Origin: an uncultured Anaerolineales bacterium
GTDB lineage: Bacteria > Chloroflexota > Anaerolineae > Anaerolineales > E44-bin32
Assembly (NCBI GenBank): GCA_965603565.1
Contig: CBFDDM010000002.1
Span: 1 to 60,557, forward strand
Direction: 5' to 3'
Length of the DNA stretch: 60,557 nt
Shown here: positions 28,060-37,495 of the stretch, in pieces
Layout of the letters: each line of letters begins with the position of its first letter
Numbering within the stretch: the first letter of the stretch is position 1
Made by a program: the position numbers and the translations under genes
Notes under the pieces: model-generated
Database searches by the model: none
The model's input: only the letters and a program-made list of their open reading frames with translations
What the model was told of the DNA's origin: nothing

Positions 28060-28932
28060 TTACAACTCAGGAATGCAAGTGCGTGTGAGCTCCATGAGCT
28101 GGTGAATATGATCTGCGCTGGCAGCCCATTTACCTGAGCTAACCTCTCGTCGCTTCTCATCAAAGTACTTTCCGGAAACATTTGATAACTCAGGATCTAA
28201 AGATAGCCAAACGTAGATTTCAGCCATTTCTTCTGGGGAAATAGAAAATCGGCTCTTGATCGAGTAAAGCCACTTTTGAACATTTGAAAGATTAGGGTAT
28301 CTCTCAAGATCAATTTTCACATTCGTAACTCGAATACAGTTAGCTGTCTTGGCAGAACCGAGGTACTCACCGGCCAGCCAGAATATATACATGACCTGCG
28401 CCAGTTTCGATTGATAATATGCTCGATCAACCCTGAATCCTCCTCGAGTGAACTCTGGATCGGCAAAATCCACCCGTAGAGTTGGATGCATAACCAATCC
28501 CTGGGATGATACCGTGATTACACGCGCCTGGCTGCTCGCGGATAACTCGGGATCAAGCAGCTTCGTCAGAAGAACCGGACCGAGATGGTTTGTAGTCCAG
28601 ATCGATTCGATCCCATCCCCGGATAGCAGTGGTTCCTTCCGACTGATATCAAAATCAGCGGCATTATGTATGAGCATATCCAGGTGTGCGCAGCCAGACG
28701 ATCTGATCGCATCACAACCCTGGAGAATGGACGATCGTGAGGAGAGATCCATCACAATAAGCGTCACCGCATGATTTCCCGATTGAGCTTTAATCTCGGC
28801 CGCAGCGATCTCTCCGCGTTGCTTGTCGCGGCAAGCTATGATCACCTCGACATTCTTTTTGGCAAGCTGTATTGCGGCTGCTTTTCCGATCCCTGCGTTG
28901 GCCCCCGTGATGAAAGCGATCTTTTTTCCCAT
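28060..28932 (-). CDS. SDR-family oxidoreductase
   Basis: MGKKIAFITGANAGIGKAAA Rossmann motif and YYQSK catalytic motif. The start is taken at the internal ATG (track 28950). Confidence 0.85.
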   Translation of the reverse strand: MGKKIAFITGANAGIGKAAAIQLAKKNVEVIIACRDKQRGEIAAAEIKAQSGNHAVTLIVMDLSSRSSILQGCDAIRSSGCAHLDMLIHNAADFDISRKEPLLSGDGIESIWTTNHLGPVLLTKLLDPELSASSQARVITVSSQGLVMHPTLRVDFADPEFTRGGFRVDRAYYQSKLAQVMYIFWLAGEYLGSAKTANCIRVTNVKIDLERYPNLSNVQKWLYSIKSRFSISPEEMAEIYVWLSLDPELSNVSGKYFDEKRREVSSGKWAASADHIHQLMELTRTCIPEL

Positions 28933-29245
28933 CTTCGTCCCTCGATACAATCATTGAATCGATTGATTGACTGTAGCATCTAGCGACCTTGAGTTTTAAC
29001 AAAACAATCTGAGGCAAGGTCGAGTGGAGAGGTGCCTGGCATCGCTCCGCACATTCACGCTGATGGCTCCCTCACCGGCTCATAAACCGATCCGAGAGAG
29101 AATCTTATATTATCTTATCTCTTTCATAAACCCTGTTTCGAATGCATGGAACATCCGGCTCCATGGTGCGGATGCTGGATGTGGTCAGCTCGGTCTCCAT
29201 CCTCAGCTAGAACAATCCAGTTTCCCTCACTCCAGCTAACTCGCT

Positions 29246-30208
29246 TTACACAGCTCGCGCCAGGCTGCGCAGGCTGGGGATCGCCGTCCTCGCAATCCGC
29301 TCAAGCGTTTCCTCATCCTGCACGTGCCGGATCGGCGCCACCTGGCCTATATCTGCTGGATGCCAGTAGCCGATCATGAACTCGGTGAAACCAAGCTCGA
29401 TCAGCGGATAAAGGTATTCCTGGAACGTCCCCGGGCTTTTATATAGATCATCCATAGTCCAGCCCAGGCAGAATGAGCGCCGAATGGTGTCGGGTTTGCG
29501 CCCGGCTGCCACGGCGCTCTCAGTCAGGGTGTGGATCGCCTCCGCCGCCCGGGCGACGCACGCATCATGGGAGTGCTGCAGACCCCCGAGCATGTTCCAA
29601 GTGTCCGCGTACCGACCGGCAATCTTGAGCATCCGCCGCCCCTGGCAGCCGATCAGCAGCGGAGGGCGCGGCCGCTGTACCGGCCCTGGCCGCATGACCG
29701 CGCCCTCAACACAGTAGTATTCCCCTGCGAACGTCGTCTCGGTTTGGCGCAGCATCTGGTCGATGATCTCCACGCCTTCTTCGAAACGGCCAACCCGCTC
29801 GCTGTTTTGCCAGGCCGGGACGCCGACCATTGCATGCGCCGGGTCCTTGGCCGAACCGGCTCCCAGACCCAGCGTCAGCCGGCCGCCCGAGATGTGGTCT
29901 AGCGTCATCGCCTGCCTGGCAAGCAGCGCCGGGTTGTGGTAGATCAGCGTGCTCACCAGCGAGCCCACCCGGATGCGATCTGTGCTGGCGGCGATTCCCG
30001 CTAGCAAGGACCAGGCCTCCATCCAGGAGGTACGGGAGTCGAACGGATTGGCGAAGTGATCCACCATCCAGATCGAGTCGAATCCGAGTTCCTCGACTCT
30101 TCGGGCGCGACTGCGGATTACCGGCCAGTTCGGGAAAGGCGGGAGCCAGACACCAAATCGAAGGTGTCCATCCGAACTGCGCATTTCGTGAGACGCTTTT
30201 AGGCTCAT
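29246..30208 (-). CDS. LLM-class F420-dependent (luciferase-like) oxidoreductase
   Basis: GFDSIWMVDH, GGRLTLGLGAG and LLIGCQGRRMLKIAGRYAD motifs. The ATG 30208 start avoids overlap with the upstream gene ending at 30216. Confidence 0.72.
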   Translation of the reverse strand: MSLKASHEMRSSDGHLRFGVWLPPFPNWPVIRSRARRVEELGFDSIWMVDHFANPFDSRTSWMEAWSLLAGIAASTDRIRVGSLVSTLIYHNPALLARQAMTLDHISGGRLTLGLGAGSAKDPAHAMVGVPAWQNSERVGRFEEGVEIIDQMLRQTETTFAGEYYCVEGAVMRPGPVQRPRPPLLIGCQGRRMLKIAGRYADTWNMLGGLQHSHDACVARAAEAIHTLTESAVAAGRKPDTIRRSFCLGWTMDDLYKSPGTFQEYLYPLIELGFTEFMIGYWHPADIGQVAPIRHVQDEETLERIARTAIPSLRSLARAV

Positions 30209-30215
30209 CCTATCT

Positions 30216-30617
30216 TCATGTCTCCATCCGTGCCGGAGCGGCAGCTTCCCTCCCCTGCAGCAGTAAATACCCCGCAGCGACCGTGATGAACAGGTATACA
30301 GCGACGATGCCCCAACCAAGGAAGTTCAACACACCGGACAACGTGGTGATTGTCGTAACCACAAAGCCGATTGCATCGTAGACGAATAGATACATCAAGA
30401 TCGGCTGGCGTGCGCGCGTATCCCCAAGGTCTCGCGCAAACCACATCAAAATCAGTGTCCCGAGCATGTTCGCCCCGTACTCGCGGCCAAGAAAGACTCC
30501 CGGCGCGGTGAGCGATGCACCGAGGATCCCAAGCAAAAAGCTCGGGAAGAAGAGCAGCAGCACGCCGAATGTCAGGCAGACCACCGCTTTGATGAGCAAA
30601 AGCATTCTGAATGTCAT
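30216..30617 (-). CDS. Small integral membrane protein (about 4 TM), unknown function
   Basis: Hydrophobic 133-aa ORF. AGGAGG lies 6 nt upstream of ATG 30617. Confidence 0.55.
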   Translation of the reverse strand: MTFRMLLLIKAVVCLTFGVLLLFFPSFLLGILGASLTAPGVFLGREYGANMLGTLILMWFARDLGDTRARQPILMYLFVYDAIGFVVTTITTLSGVLNFLGWGIVAVYLFITVAAGYLLLQGREAAAPARMET

Positions 30618-30763
30618 CTCATACCTCCTACTGGTGAATGACGGGTGCAATTTCATCGGTTTGACGCTATGATAAGGAAACCACGCGACGCGAACGCTAA
30701 AAAATCGTTAAACATCGCGAGCCACTCTCGCGATTTGCCATATAGGCGAGGAAAGTACCTGCC

Positions 30764-33700
30764 ATGCTGGAGCTTCGAACGCTCGGTGATCTCCGCATTA
30801 CGGTCGATGGCCGCCCTGCGGCATTGCACTCGCACAAGGCGCAAGCCTTGCTGGTCTATCTGGCGATCGAAGGCGAACCGCAGCCTCGCTCATCGCTAGC
30901 CGCCTTGCTCTGGCCGGAAAGTGATCAAGAGCACGCCAATACCAGCCTGCGCGTCGCCCTCACGACACTCAATAAATCCTGCCGCGATTACCTCAACTGC
31001 AACCGCCAGCGAATAGGCATCGACTGGGATAAACCGGTATGTGCCGACTTGAACGAATTACTGCATTGTGCCGAGAAGGCGGAAGATGATCGCGCCCAGG
31101 AATTCTACAAAGGACCCTTCCTTGCCGGCTTTCATATTCGCGATTCGGAAGCCTTCGAAACCTGGCGCACATGGCAGAATGAACGCTTGATGCGCGTGAT
31201 CACCCGATCCTTTCAGCGCACCATCGATCGTACTTTACGAGGCGATGTCAGCCGCGATCCGGTCGCTCTCTCACAGCAACTCCTGAAGATCGAACCGTTG
31301 GACGAGAGCGCACACCGCGCCATCATGATCACCCACTGGCGAAATGGGAATCACGCAGCAGCGATCGAACAATACCAGGCATGCCTCAACCTGCTACAAA
31401 ACGAGCTGGCCGCCGAGCCTTCGGATCAGACCCGTTCCCTTTATGAGCGCATCCAACGCGGCGACGCCCCGACAACACAGCATCTGCCTTCTGATCGGTC
31501 GACGATACCCCAGAAGCGTCGGCTGATTGGGCGGGAGGAAGAATTGAGCGCCTTGCTCGAGCGAATCGACTCCGAGCAATACCGGCTTGTGACGCTTCTT
31601 GGACCGGGAGGAATCGGGAAAAGTCGTCTGGCGATCGAAGCTGTGCGCAAGGCAGCAGACTGGTTTCCCGATGGCGCCTTCTTCTGCACGCTGGCTTCTG
31701 TTCCATCCCGCGAATTCCTGCTCCCTGCTGTGTCCAGCACCCTCGGCTTTTACGTCGATTCGTGGGTCACCATGCTGGACCCGAAATCCCAACTGCTGGA
31801 TTTCCTCTCCACCCGGAAGATCCTGCTGGCGCTCGATGGATTCGAGCATCTCACCGGATGCGCTGATTTGCTTGCGGATTTCCTGGCGCATGCCCCGCAC
31901 TTGATGCTTCTCGTCACCTCCCGCGAGCGCCTTAAATTAAGCGACGAGTGGGAAATGCCTCTGGAGGGGTTGCATGTCCATAAGGATGAGAAACCGGGAG
32001 TTGATCCCCGCTCTCCCGCCTTCGAGCTCTTCGAACTGCGAATGGCACAGGCGAGCGGCGATCGGCAGCTGGATGGCCCCGAGCGCACAGCCGCGCAGGA
32101 GATCTGTTCGTTAGTCGAGGGAAATCCGCTGGCGATTGAACTAGCGGCGGCATGGAGCGGCGCGCTAGCGCCTTCCAAGATTCTCAACCAGATGCAGGTC
32201 AGCCTGGATGTCCTCACTACCCGCCACCGAGATCTCCCCGAGCAGCATCGCAGCCTGCGAGCGGTGTTCGACCACTCCTGGGACCTGCTGCCGGATCATT
32301 TGCAAAGTACCCTAACCGCAATAGCGGTCTTTCGTGGAACCTTTATCCCTGAAGCAGCCGAAGCCGTGGCGGGAGCCACATGGGTGGACCTCACCGCGCT
32401 TGCTGATCGGAGCCTGGTGCGGTGCAACCCGCTCGGCCGGTATGAACTGCATGCTTTACTGAAGGAATACGCCGTCGAAAAACTGCTCCAGGATGCCCGT
32501 GCCACTGAGCGGGTGCAAAGCGCCCACGCCCGCTATTATCTGGAACTTCTAAGCAGGACAGCGCCGGAGTTTCTCTCGACCGGCATGCTGGCTGCGAGAG
32601 AAGGGGTCGCCAAGGAATTGGCCAACATCTGGCTTGCCCTGGAGTGGGCGATCCAGCACTTCGACGACGAGTGTGTGTATCAAGCCATGGACGATCTTTT
32701 CTCATTTTATGTCGTGCATGGATGGCAGGAGGGCGCCGTGGCGCTCGAATACCTCGTGGGCAGGATCAGTGCATCTCGTGCCGGCGAGAATCAGCAGCAG
32801 TATTGGTCCCGTCCTCTCTATCGAGCGGCGATTGCCAGGCAAGCATGGTTCCTGGCCCATCTCGGCCGGACGGAGGAATGTCAATCCCTTTCGGAGCGCT
32901 GCCTGGCGTGGATGTCGACAGATGACATTCCGGATGATCGCTCGATCTGTTTGAACAATCTGGGGATCTGCGCCTGCCTGCTGGGTCAGTCCGATAAGGG
33001 TATCGAATATCTCGAGCAGGCTATCGCTGTTGGGCAGGGGTATGCCAGGCCGGTCTTCCCCTCGTACTATCTGTGGCTCGGGTATATCCGTTTCCTCCAG
33101 GGCTTATACGCGGAGAGCATGACCGAGTACCAGATCTGCTACGATCTCTTCGAAACACAAGGAAACCAGCCAGGAATGGCGTTTGCCCTGAGCAAGATGG
33201 GGCTGAGCGCCGATGGTATGGGCTCTTATGATCAAGGCCTGGTTTATCACCGCCGTGCGCTTGAAATCTTCCGGGCGACGAACCATCTTTCCGGACAGGC
33301 CTATACCTACAGCCGGATGAGTGTGGATGCTTACGGCTTGGGTGATTACGGCCAGTCTGTGGAATGGGCAGAGCAGGGACTCAAGCGTTTTGACGCGCTC
33401 GGCCATCGCTGGGGCATATCCAGCTCCCGCTGTCGTCTTGCCTTTGCTGAGATCGGTTTAGGCAAGCTCGAGCAGGCGAACGGGCATCTTCTCGATGCGC
33501 TCAGCCGGGCCCAAGAACATCAAATGACGCCTTTGATGCTGTATGCGATCCTTGGGCTTGCCTGCGTACTCCTCCTCGAAGGTGAGCTCGAGCGGGCAAG
33601 GGAGCTGCACTACACCGTCGCGGCCAACCCGCAAACGCCGAAGATCTACCTCGATCTAGCAGCGCGCTGGCTGGATGAGCCGCGTCACATCGGCACGGAG

Positions 33701-33826
33701 ACAGCCCCGGTCGTGGTGCCCACCTTCGAAGTCATGCAGACATCGCCTCCACATTCGGATCTGGATGCGCTCGCCTCGCAGCTGCTCGAGCAGTCGCGCT
33801 CCCAAACTTCGAAGTCGTGGGGTTAA
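30764..33826 (+). CDS. AfsR/SARP-like regulator: winged-helix/BTAD + NB-ARC P-loop NTPase + TPR repeats
   Basis: 1020 aa. The N-terminus LRTLGDLRITVDGRPA...KAQALLVYLA plus a BTAD-type helical region is followed by LLGPGGIGKSRLA (Walker A) and C-terminal TPR-like repeats. Confidence 0.8.
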   Translation: MLELRTLGDLRITVDGRPAALHSHKAQALLVYLAIEGEPQPRSSLAALLWPESDQEHANTSLRVALTTLNKSCRDYLNCNRQRIGIDWDKPVCADLNELLHCAEKAEDDRAQEFYKGPFLAGFHIRDSEAFETWRTWQNERLMRVITRSFQRTIDRTLRGDVSRDPVALSQQLLKIEPLDESAHRAIMITHWRNGNHAAAIEQYQACLNLLQNELAAEPSDQTRSLYERIQRGDAPTTQHLPSDRSTIPQKRRLIGREEELSALLERIDSEQYRLVTLLGPGGIGKSRLAIEAVRKAADWFPDGAFFCTLASVPSREFLLPAVSSTLGFYVDSWVTMLDPKSQLLDFLSTRKILLALDGFEHLTGCADLLADFLAHAPHLMLLVTSRERLKLSDEWEMPLEGLHVHKDEKPGVDPRSPAFELFELRMAQASGDRQLDGPERTAAQEICSLVEGNPLAIELAAAWSGALAPSKILNQMQVSLDVLTTRHRDLPEQHRSLRAVFDHSWDLLPDHLQSTLTAIAVFRGTFIPEAAEAVAGATWVDLTALADRSLVRCNPLGRYELHALLKEYAVEKLLQDARATERVQSAHARYYLELLSRTAPEFLSTGMLAAREGVAKELANIWLALEWAIQHFDDECVYQAMDDLFSFYVVHGWQEGAVALEYLVGRISASRAGENQQQYWSRPLYRAAIARQAWFLAHLGRTEECQSLSERCLAWMSTDDIPDDRSICLNNLGICACLLGQSDKGIEYLEQAIAVGQGYARPVFPSYYLWLGYIRFLQGLYAESMTEYQICYDLFETQGNQPGMAFALSKMGLSADGMGSYDQGLVYHRRALEIFRATNHLSGQAYTYSRMSVDAYGLGDYGQSVEWAEQGLKRFDALGHRWGISSSRCRLAFAEIGLGKLEQANGHLLDALSRAQEHQMTPLMLYAILGLACVLLLEGELERARELHYTVAANPQTPKIYLDLAARWLDEPRHIGTETAPVVVPTFEVMQTSPPHSDLDALASQLLEQSRSQTSKSWG

Positions 33827-34128
33827 TCTTCTAAACCAGTCCAGAGCTTGTGCTGCACGTGAAGGATGCGGAGGGCGTACTCGTGATGAATGGATCCTCC
33901 GGGCTCCGAAGAGCAGCCTCGCGCTCTGCGGAGCACAGTTCGTCCTCCCTCAGCTCCTCGCGATGATGAGCTTGACGGGGTCTCGCATCGAAGTCTGGAG
34001 GGGCGATGTCCCGCATTATGCAGAGCATCCCCGGAGCGAAGCGGAGTGGTAGGGGCTGTCTTTCAAGGATCCAGCGTTCTTTGCAGGGCAGCGAGCTGTC
34101 GTGCTGCCGCTGGATTCCGCAGGAGCAA

Positions 34129-34626
34129 TTACGTACGGATGAATGCGGACGCCCGCCCTGCTATGGCTTGCATTTCCTCGCGTGAAAATGAAACCCCTGC
34201 TTTTAGTTTGGTCCCATCTACCAGGCTGGCTACAATCGAATACGTCGGTTCCCCTTCGCTCCATTCACGTTCTTCGACGTCAATTGACCTGATGGCGCTG
34301 AGGGGGTACTGCCTTGTTTGCCAAGGCAGGATTGGGGCGTTGATCGAATGGAACGCGGTTTGTGAGATGCGATCCAGTCTCAATCTGGAGTTTAATCCGG
34401 CTATGGCTCCCCAAAAGAGGAGCGCACTCACCAGAAGAGCTCCGATAGAGACGATCAAGACGAAGAAGAAAGGTATGTTGAGATAACCTTGCCAATTCGG
34501 CCGGATGATGAGCTCGTAGGGTGCCAGGAGCGGGATCAAGCCGGCAAGGACGAATAAGATGCGCTTGCCAATCGGTAAAGTCGATCGAATCTCAAAGAAA
34601 CCTCGCTCTTCCAGAACGCTGATCAT
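34129..34626 (-). CDS. Hypothetical membrane protein (2 TM + soluble C-domain)
   Basis: 165-aa ORF with two hydrophobic helices. No known motif recognised. Confidence 0.45.
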   Translation of the reverse strand: MISVLEERGFFEIRSTLPIGKRILFVLAGLIPLLAPYELIIRPNWQGYLNIPFFFVLIVSIGALLVSALLFWGAIAGLNSRLRLDRISQTAFHSINAPILPWQTRQYPLSAIRSIDVEEREWSEGEPTYSIVASLVDGTKLKAGVSFSREEMQAIAGRASAFIRT

Positions 34627-35000
34627 CTTATGCCCCTTGACTGGATCTGCTCATGTGGGATCCTCCACTGACGCGAATACTGACCTGGTGTGACGGACGG
34701 TTGGCCAGTAAAAGAATCTCTCTGCAGCAGCCCAACTATATCGTATCCCAGATAACCGACGTGTATCCATCCGGGCACCCGGTTTATTGCATTCCTCTAT
34801 ATCGTCTCGCATCAACGATCCCCAAATTATGAGGGCAAGATTGGGTGAGAATCAACCTATTCTCCAGCATACGTAGAAAGTCTCGATGCGGTGCCTGGTG
34901 ACTAAGCGCCTGGGTTGTTGCACCCGGCGCGGCGCGATCGCCGGGTGATGTGAGGTCCTCGCTCTTTGCGGGGCAGCGAGTTGTTGGGCGGGCTAGCATG

Positions 35001-35489
35001 CTATCGCAAAGCATCCGAGGTTTTCTTAATCTGTTTGAAGTGTGATTTTTCGTGATTTGCCAACCATTGAGCGTAGGTGTAGACGGTGCGCTCGCGTGGC
35101 CTCCCCGCGCCGGTGACCGTTGCGCTGCGCTCCCAGTCCTCCGGTGCCAACGGTGTCAACACGCCAATCAGCTCGGTCCGTTGGGTTGAGTACGCATGGA
35201 ATGAAGGCTCGAAGGGCAAATCTTGATAATTAGTCTGCTTGATCCAGGTTGTGGGATTGACAGCCTTGAAGGTCGGGTGATCCTCGCTGAGTATCAGGAG
35301 GATGTATTTACCCCACATATCGGAGCAGGATCTTAGGTGGGCAATGATATCCCTCAAAGACCATGCATCTGGCTCGGGAGGGGTCAACAACTCAGGCAGT
35401 GTCAAATCCTCAATCAGTTCAGCAATGTGCGACGGTGCGCTGGCAAGCATTGAGATAAGCTCATCTTTGGACCGTGGTGTATCGTACAT
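35001..35489 (-). CDS. DinB-family protein
   Basis: WSLRDIIAHL...HEKSHFKQI histidine pattern of DinB/YfiT-like four-helix bundles. GAGGAG lies before ATG 35489. The track ORF is extended to 35762. Confidence 0.7.
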   Translation of the reverse strand: MYDTPRSKDELISMLASAPSHIAELIEDLTLPELLTPPEPDAWSLRDIIAHLRSCSDMWGKYILLILSEDHPTFKAVNPTTWIKQTNYQDLPFEPSFHAYSTQRTELIGVLTPLAPEDWERSATVTGAGRPRERTVYTYAQWLANHEKSHFKQIKKTSDALR

Positions 35490-35497
35490 CTTGCTCC

Positions 35498-35737
35498 TCA
35501 TCCATCCTTTGGTCCAAAGTCCGTCACCCTGACAATCTCCCCATCTCGATCGTAGGTTGTCCACTCTCCGACCTGCTCGCCTTCTGAAAACGAACCCGAC
35601 CGCATGAGGCTGCCATCTTTGCGAAACCATTCCCAATATCCGGTTTGTTCGCCATCGAGCATCTGGCCTTTTGCCCAAAGGCTGCCGTCCTTGTGATACT
35701 TGATATACTCCTCGGATTTCATATTTTTCTTCGGCAT
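35498..35737 (-). CDS. MORN-repeat (YwqK-like) small protein
   Basis: 79 aa with repeated G-x-W-x-x-Y/F-x-x-dG units (DGSLWAKGQ, GYWEWFRKDGSL, GEWTTYDRDGEI). Confidence 0.6.
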   Translation of the reverse strand: MPKKNMKSEEYIKYHKDGSLWAKGQMLDGEQTGYWEWFRKDGSLMRSGSFSEGEQVGEWTTYDRDGEIVRVTDFGPKDG

Positions 35738-35898
35738 GATAGCTCCTCTTCTTAACCCCCATCTAAGCAGAAAGTTAAAGATATCGTGTGACTATTGCAA
35801 GATGCAGTTTATCGCTCGAGAGCTGAGCGGCCGGGGGAATCTGGTCCAGACACATTCTGCGAGATCCAACCTGCCGGTCGCCGAGTCGAGCGGAAATA

Positions 35899-36342
35899 TC
35901 ATTTCTTGCGCTCGAGGTTCATGGCCACAGCCTCCTGGATGAGCATCTTCAGGGCGGGTCCGTCGATCTCATCACCTTCATAGAGGTCGATGGCGCGCCG
36001 GACCTTGCCCCCGAGGCTGGCGTTGAACAGCCCTTTGGGATCCTTCAAGGAAGCGCCCTTAAAGAAGGTCAGTTTGACCTTTTCCTTGTAAGTCTCGCCG
36101 GTGCAGATGCCGCCGCTGCGAGACCAGACCGGCGTCCCCGGGCTGCTGGGTTTCTGCCACTTCCACTCTTCGACGATCTCCGGGTCTGCCTCCAATATAA
36201 CCTGGCGCACCTCCCCCAGCCTCTCGCCGCGCCAATCGCCCAGTTCCTTAATCTTGGTGCTGATCATTTCAGAAGCTGTTTTCTCCTGGCTTGAGGATGG
36301 ACTCATCTTAGATATCTCCTTCTTCTCCATTGATAAATTCAC
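35899..36342 (-). CDS. DUF1801 (YdhG-like) domain protein
   Basis: EWKWQKPSSPGTPVW...KVKLTFFKGASLKDP pattern typical of DUF1801. Confidence 0.65.
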   Translation of the reverse strand: MNLSMEKKEISKMSPSSSQEKTASEMISTKIKELGDWRGERLGEVRQVILEADPEIVEEWKWQKPSSPGTPVWSRSGGICTGETYKEKVKLTFFKGASLKDPKGLFNASLGGKVRRAIDLYEGDEIDGPALKMLIQEAVAMNLERKK

Positions 36343-36384
36343 GCGCTGTGCGGCTTCGTGCAGTGACGGGCTTTCCCACCGGGA

Positions 36385-36810
36385 CTAGGGGACCCATCCG
36401 GGAAGATCCGCTGCCTGCCGGATCCAGCCCCTGAGGAGTTCCTCGTCGATCTGCTCGTCCTCATGGATGTGCGGGTAGCGCACTTCATCGTGCTCAGACT
36501 CGATGGGGGGAACCGGCTTCAGGGATGTGCCGCGGAAAAAAGTCACTTTGACGTAGTTCGTAAAGCAGTGGTAGCTGAGGAACCAGCCCTGACCCTCGAT
36601 GCCATAGAAGGGCGAGTTCCACATCACGGCTTTGCGCACTTCGGGCACGGTGCGCTCCATGAGCGTGTCAAGGCGGCGCCCAGCGTCGCCTTTCCAGCCC
36701 GGCATTGCCGCAATATAGGCTTGCACGGGCGCATCGCCGTCACCCTTGGGAATCTAGGGGTTGCCGCCGGCGAGCAGCGTTGGCTTGGTCTCGTTCTGCT
36801 CTGATTTCAT
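36385..36810 (-). pseudogene. DUF1801 domain gene interrupted by in-frame TAG (codon 19)
   Basis: The minus-strand frame from ATG 36810 reads MKSEQNETKPTLLAGGNP*IPKGDGDAPVQAYIAAMPGWKGD... TAG at 36756-36754 sits where family members I recall have Gln (GGNPQI.KGDGDAPVQAYI). The track ORF only starts at GTG 36726. Confidence 0.6.
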
Positions 36811-36948
36811 TTTAACGTCCTTTGAGCATGATCATGCTGCTTTCGCGTTTATTTGTGTTCGACCCCGGCATCACGGAGCCTCTTCTCGGAACACGCAGAT
36901 CCTCATTTTCAAACCTGTTGAAAGCGCGTTCATATAATCTTGCTGTCT

Positions 36949-37488
36949 TTAACCGCCCGCCATCTCAAGGATCTTCTGCACCGAGCGCCAGTTGCGGGCG
37001 GTGGCGCTTACACCCAGAGCGCGCTCAACCCCCGCTGCCAGTCTCGACCTGCCGATCCCGTCCGGCGCGTGCAGATAAAAGACAGCTCCTTCCAACCGGA
37101 AACTCTCGCTCTCCGCTCGAGCCTCCTCAAGCGCCTGCATGTCCGGGTCCGGTGGCTTGAAAGCCAGGAAGAACACGTGCAGCGATTTTGGTTTGTCCTC
37201 AGCTTCAGGAAAGGGGTTCCGGACTGCCGAATGTTCGAGCCGATCGAGCGTGAGCACGAGCACCTGAGGTGCGAAACCCTTTCGTAATTCGATCACCTCG
37301 GCGAGCCGTGCTGAAAAACCGCCTGGCAGGTTTCCGGCATACTCGAATGCGGCATTGCCGCTCTGAATATAGGTGCGTACGTTCTCCGCTCCCAGATCCT
37401 GCATCGCTTCGACAAGATCGTCCATCGGCAGGCGGTTGCGACCGCCGACGTTGATCCCTCTCAGAAGCGCGATGTACGTCTGGTTCAC
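36949..37488 (-). CDS. DUF1697 domain protein
   Basis: N-terminus YIALLRGINVGGRNRLPM is diagnostic for DUF1697. Confidence 0.75.
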   Translation of the reverse strand: MNQTYIALLRGINVGGRNRLPMDDLVEAMQDLGAENVRTYIQSGNAAFEYAGNLPGGFSARLAEVIELRKGFAPQVLVLTLDRLEHSAVRNPFPEAEDKPKSLHVFFLAFKPPDPDMQALEEARAESESFRLEGAVFYLHAPDGIGRSRLAAGVERALGVSATARNWRSVQKILEMAGG

Positions 37489-37495
37489 CGGATGA

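Noticed and set aside
30764-33826. STAND NTPase as an antiphage Avs/defence-type sensor
   Set aside because: The N-terminal module is a BTAD/winged-helix DNA-binding domain rather than a nuclease, protease or other effector. This architecture is that of AfsR/SARP-type transcription regulators. No companion effector gene is adjacent.
34784-35014. 76-aa minus-strand ORF in the 34627-35000 spacer
   Set aside because: It has no RBS and an unusual composition. It overlaps the dispersed repeat copy at 34951-34986, so it is probably a translated repeat or UTR rather than a gene.
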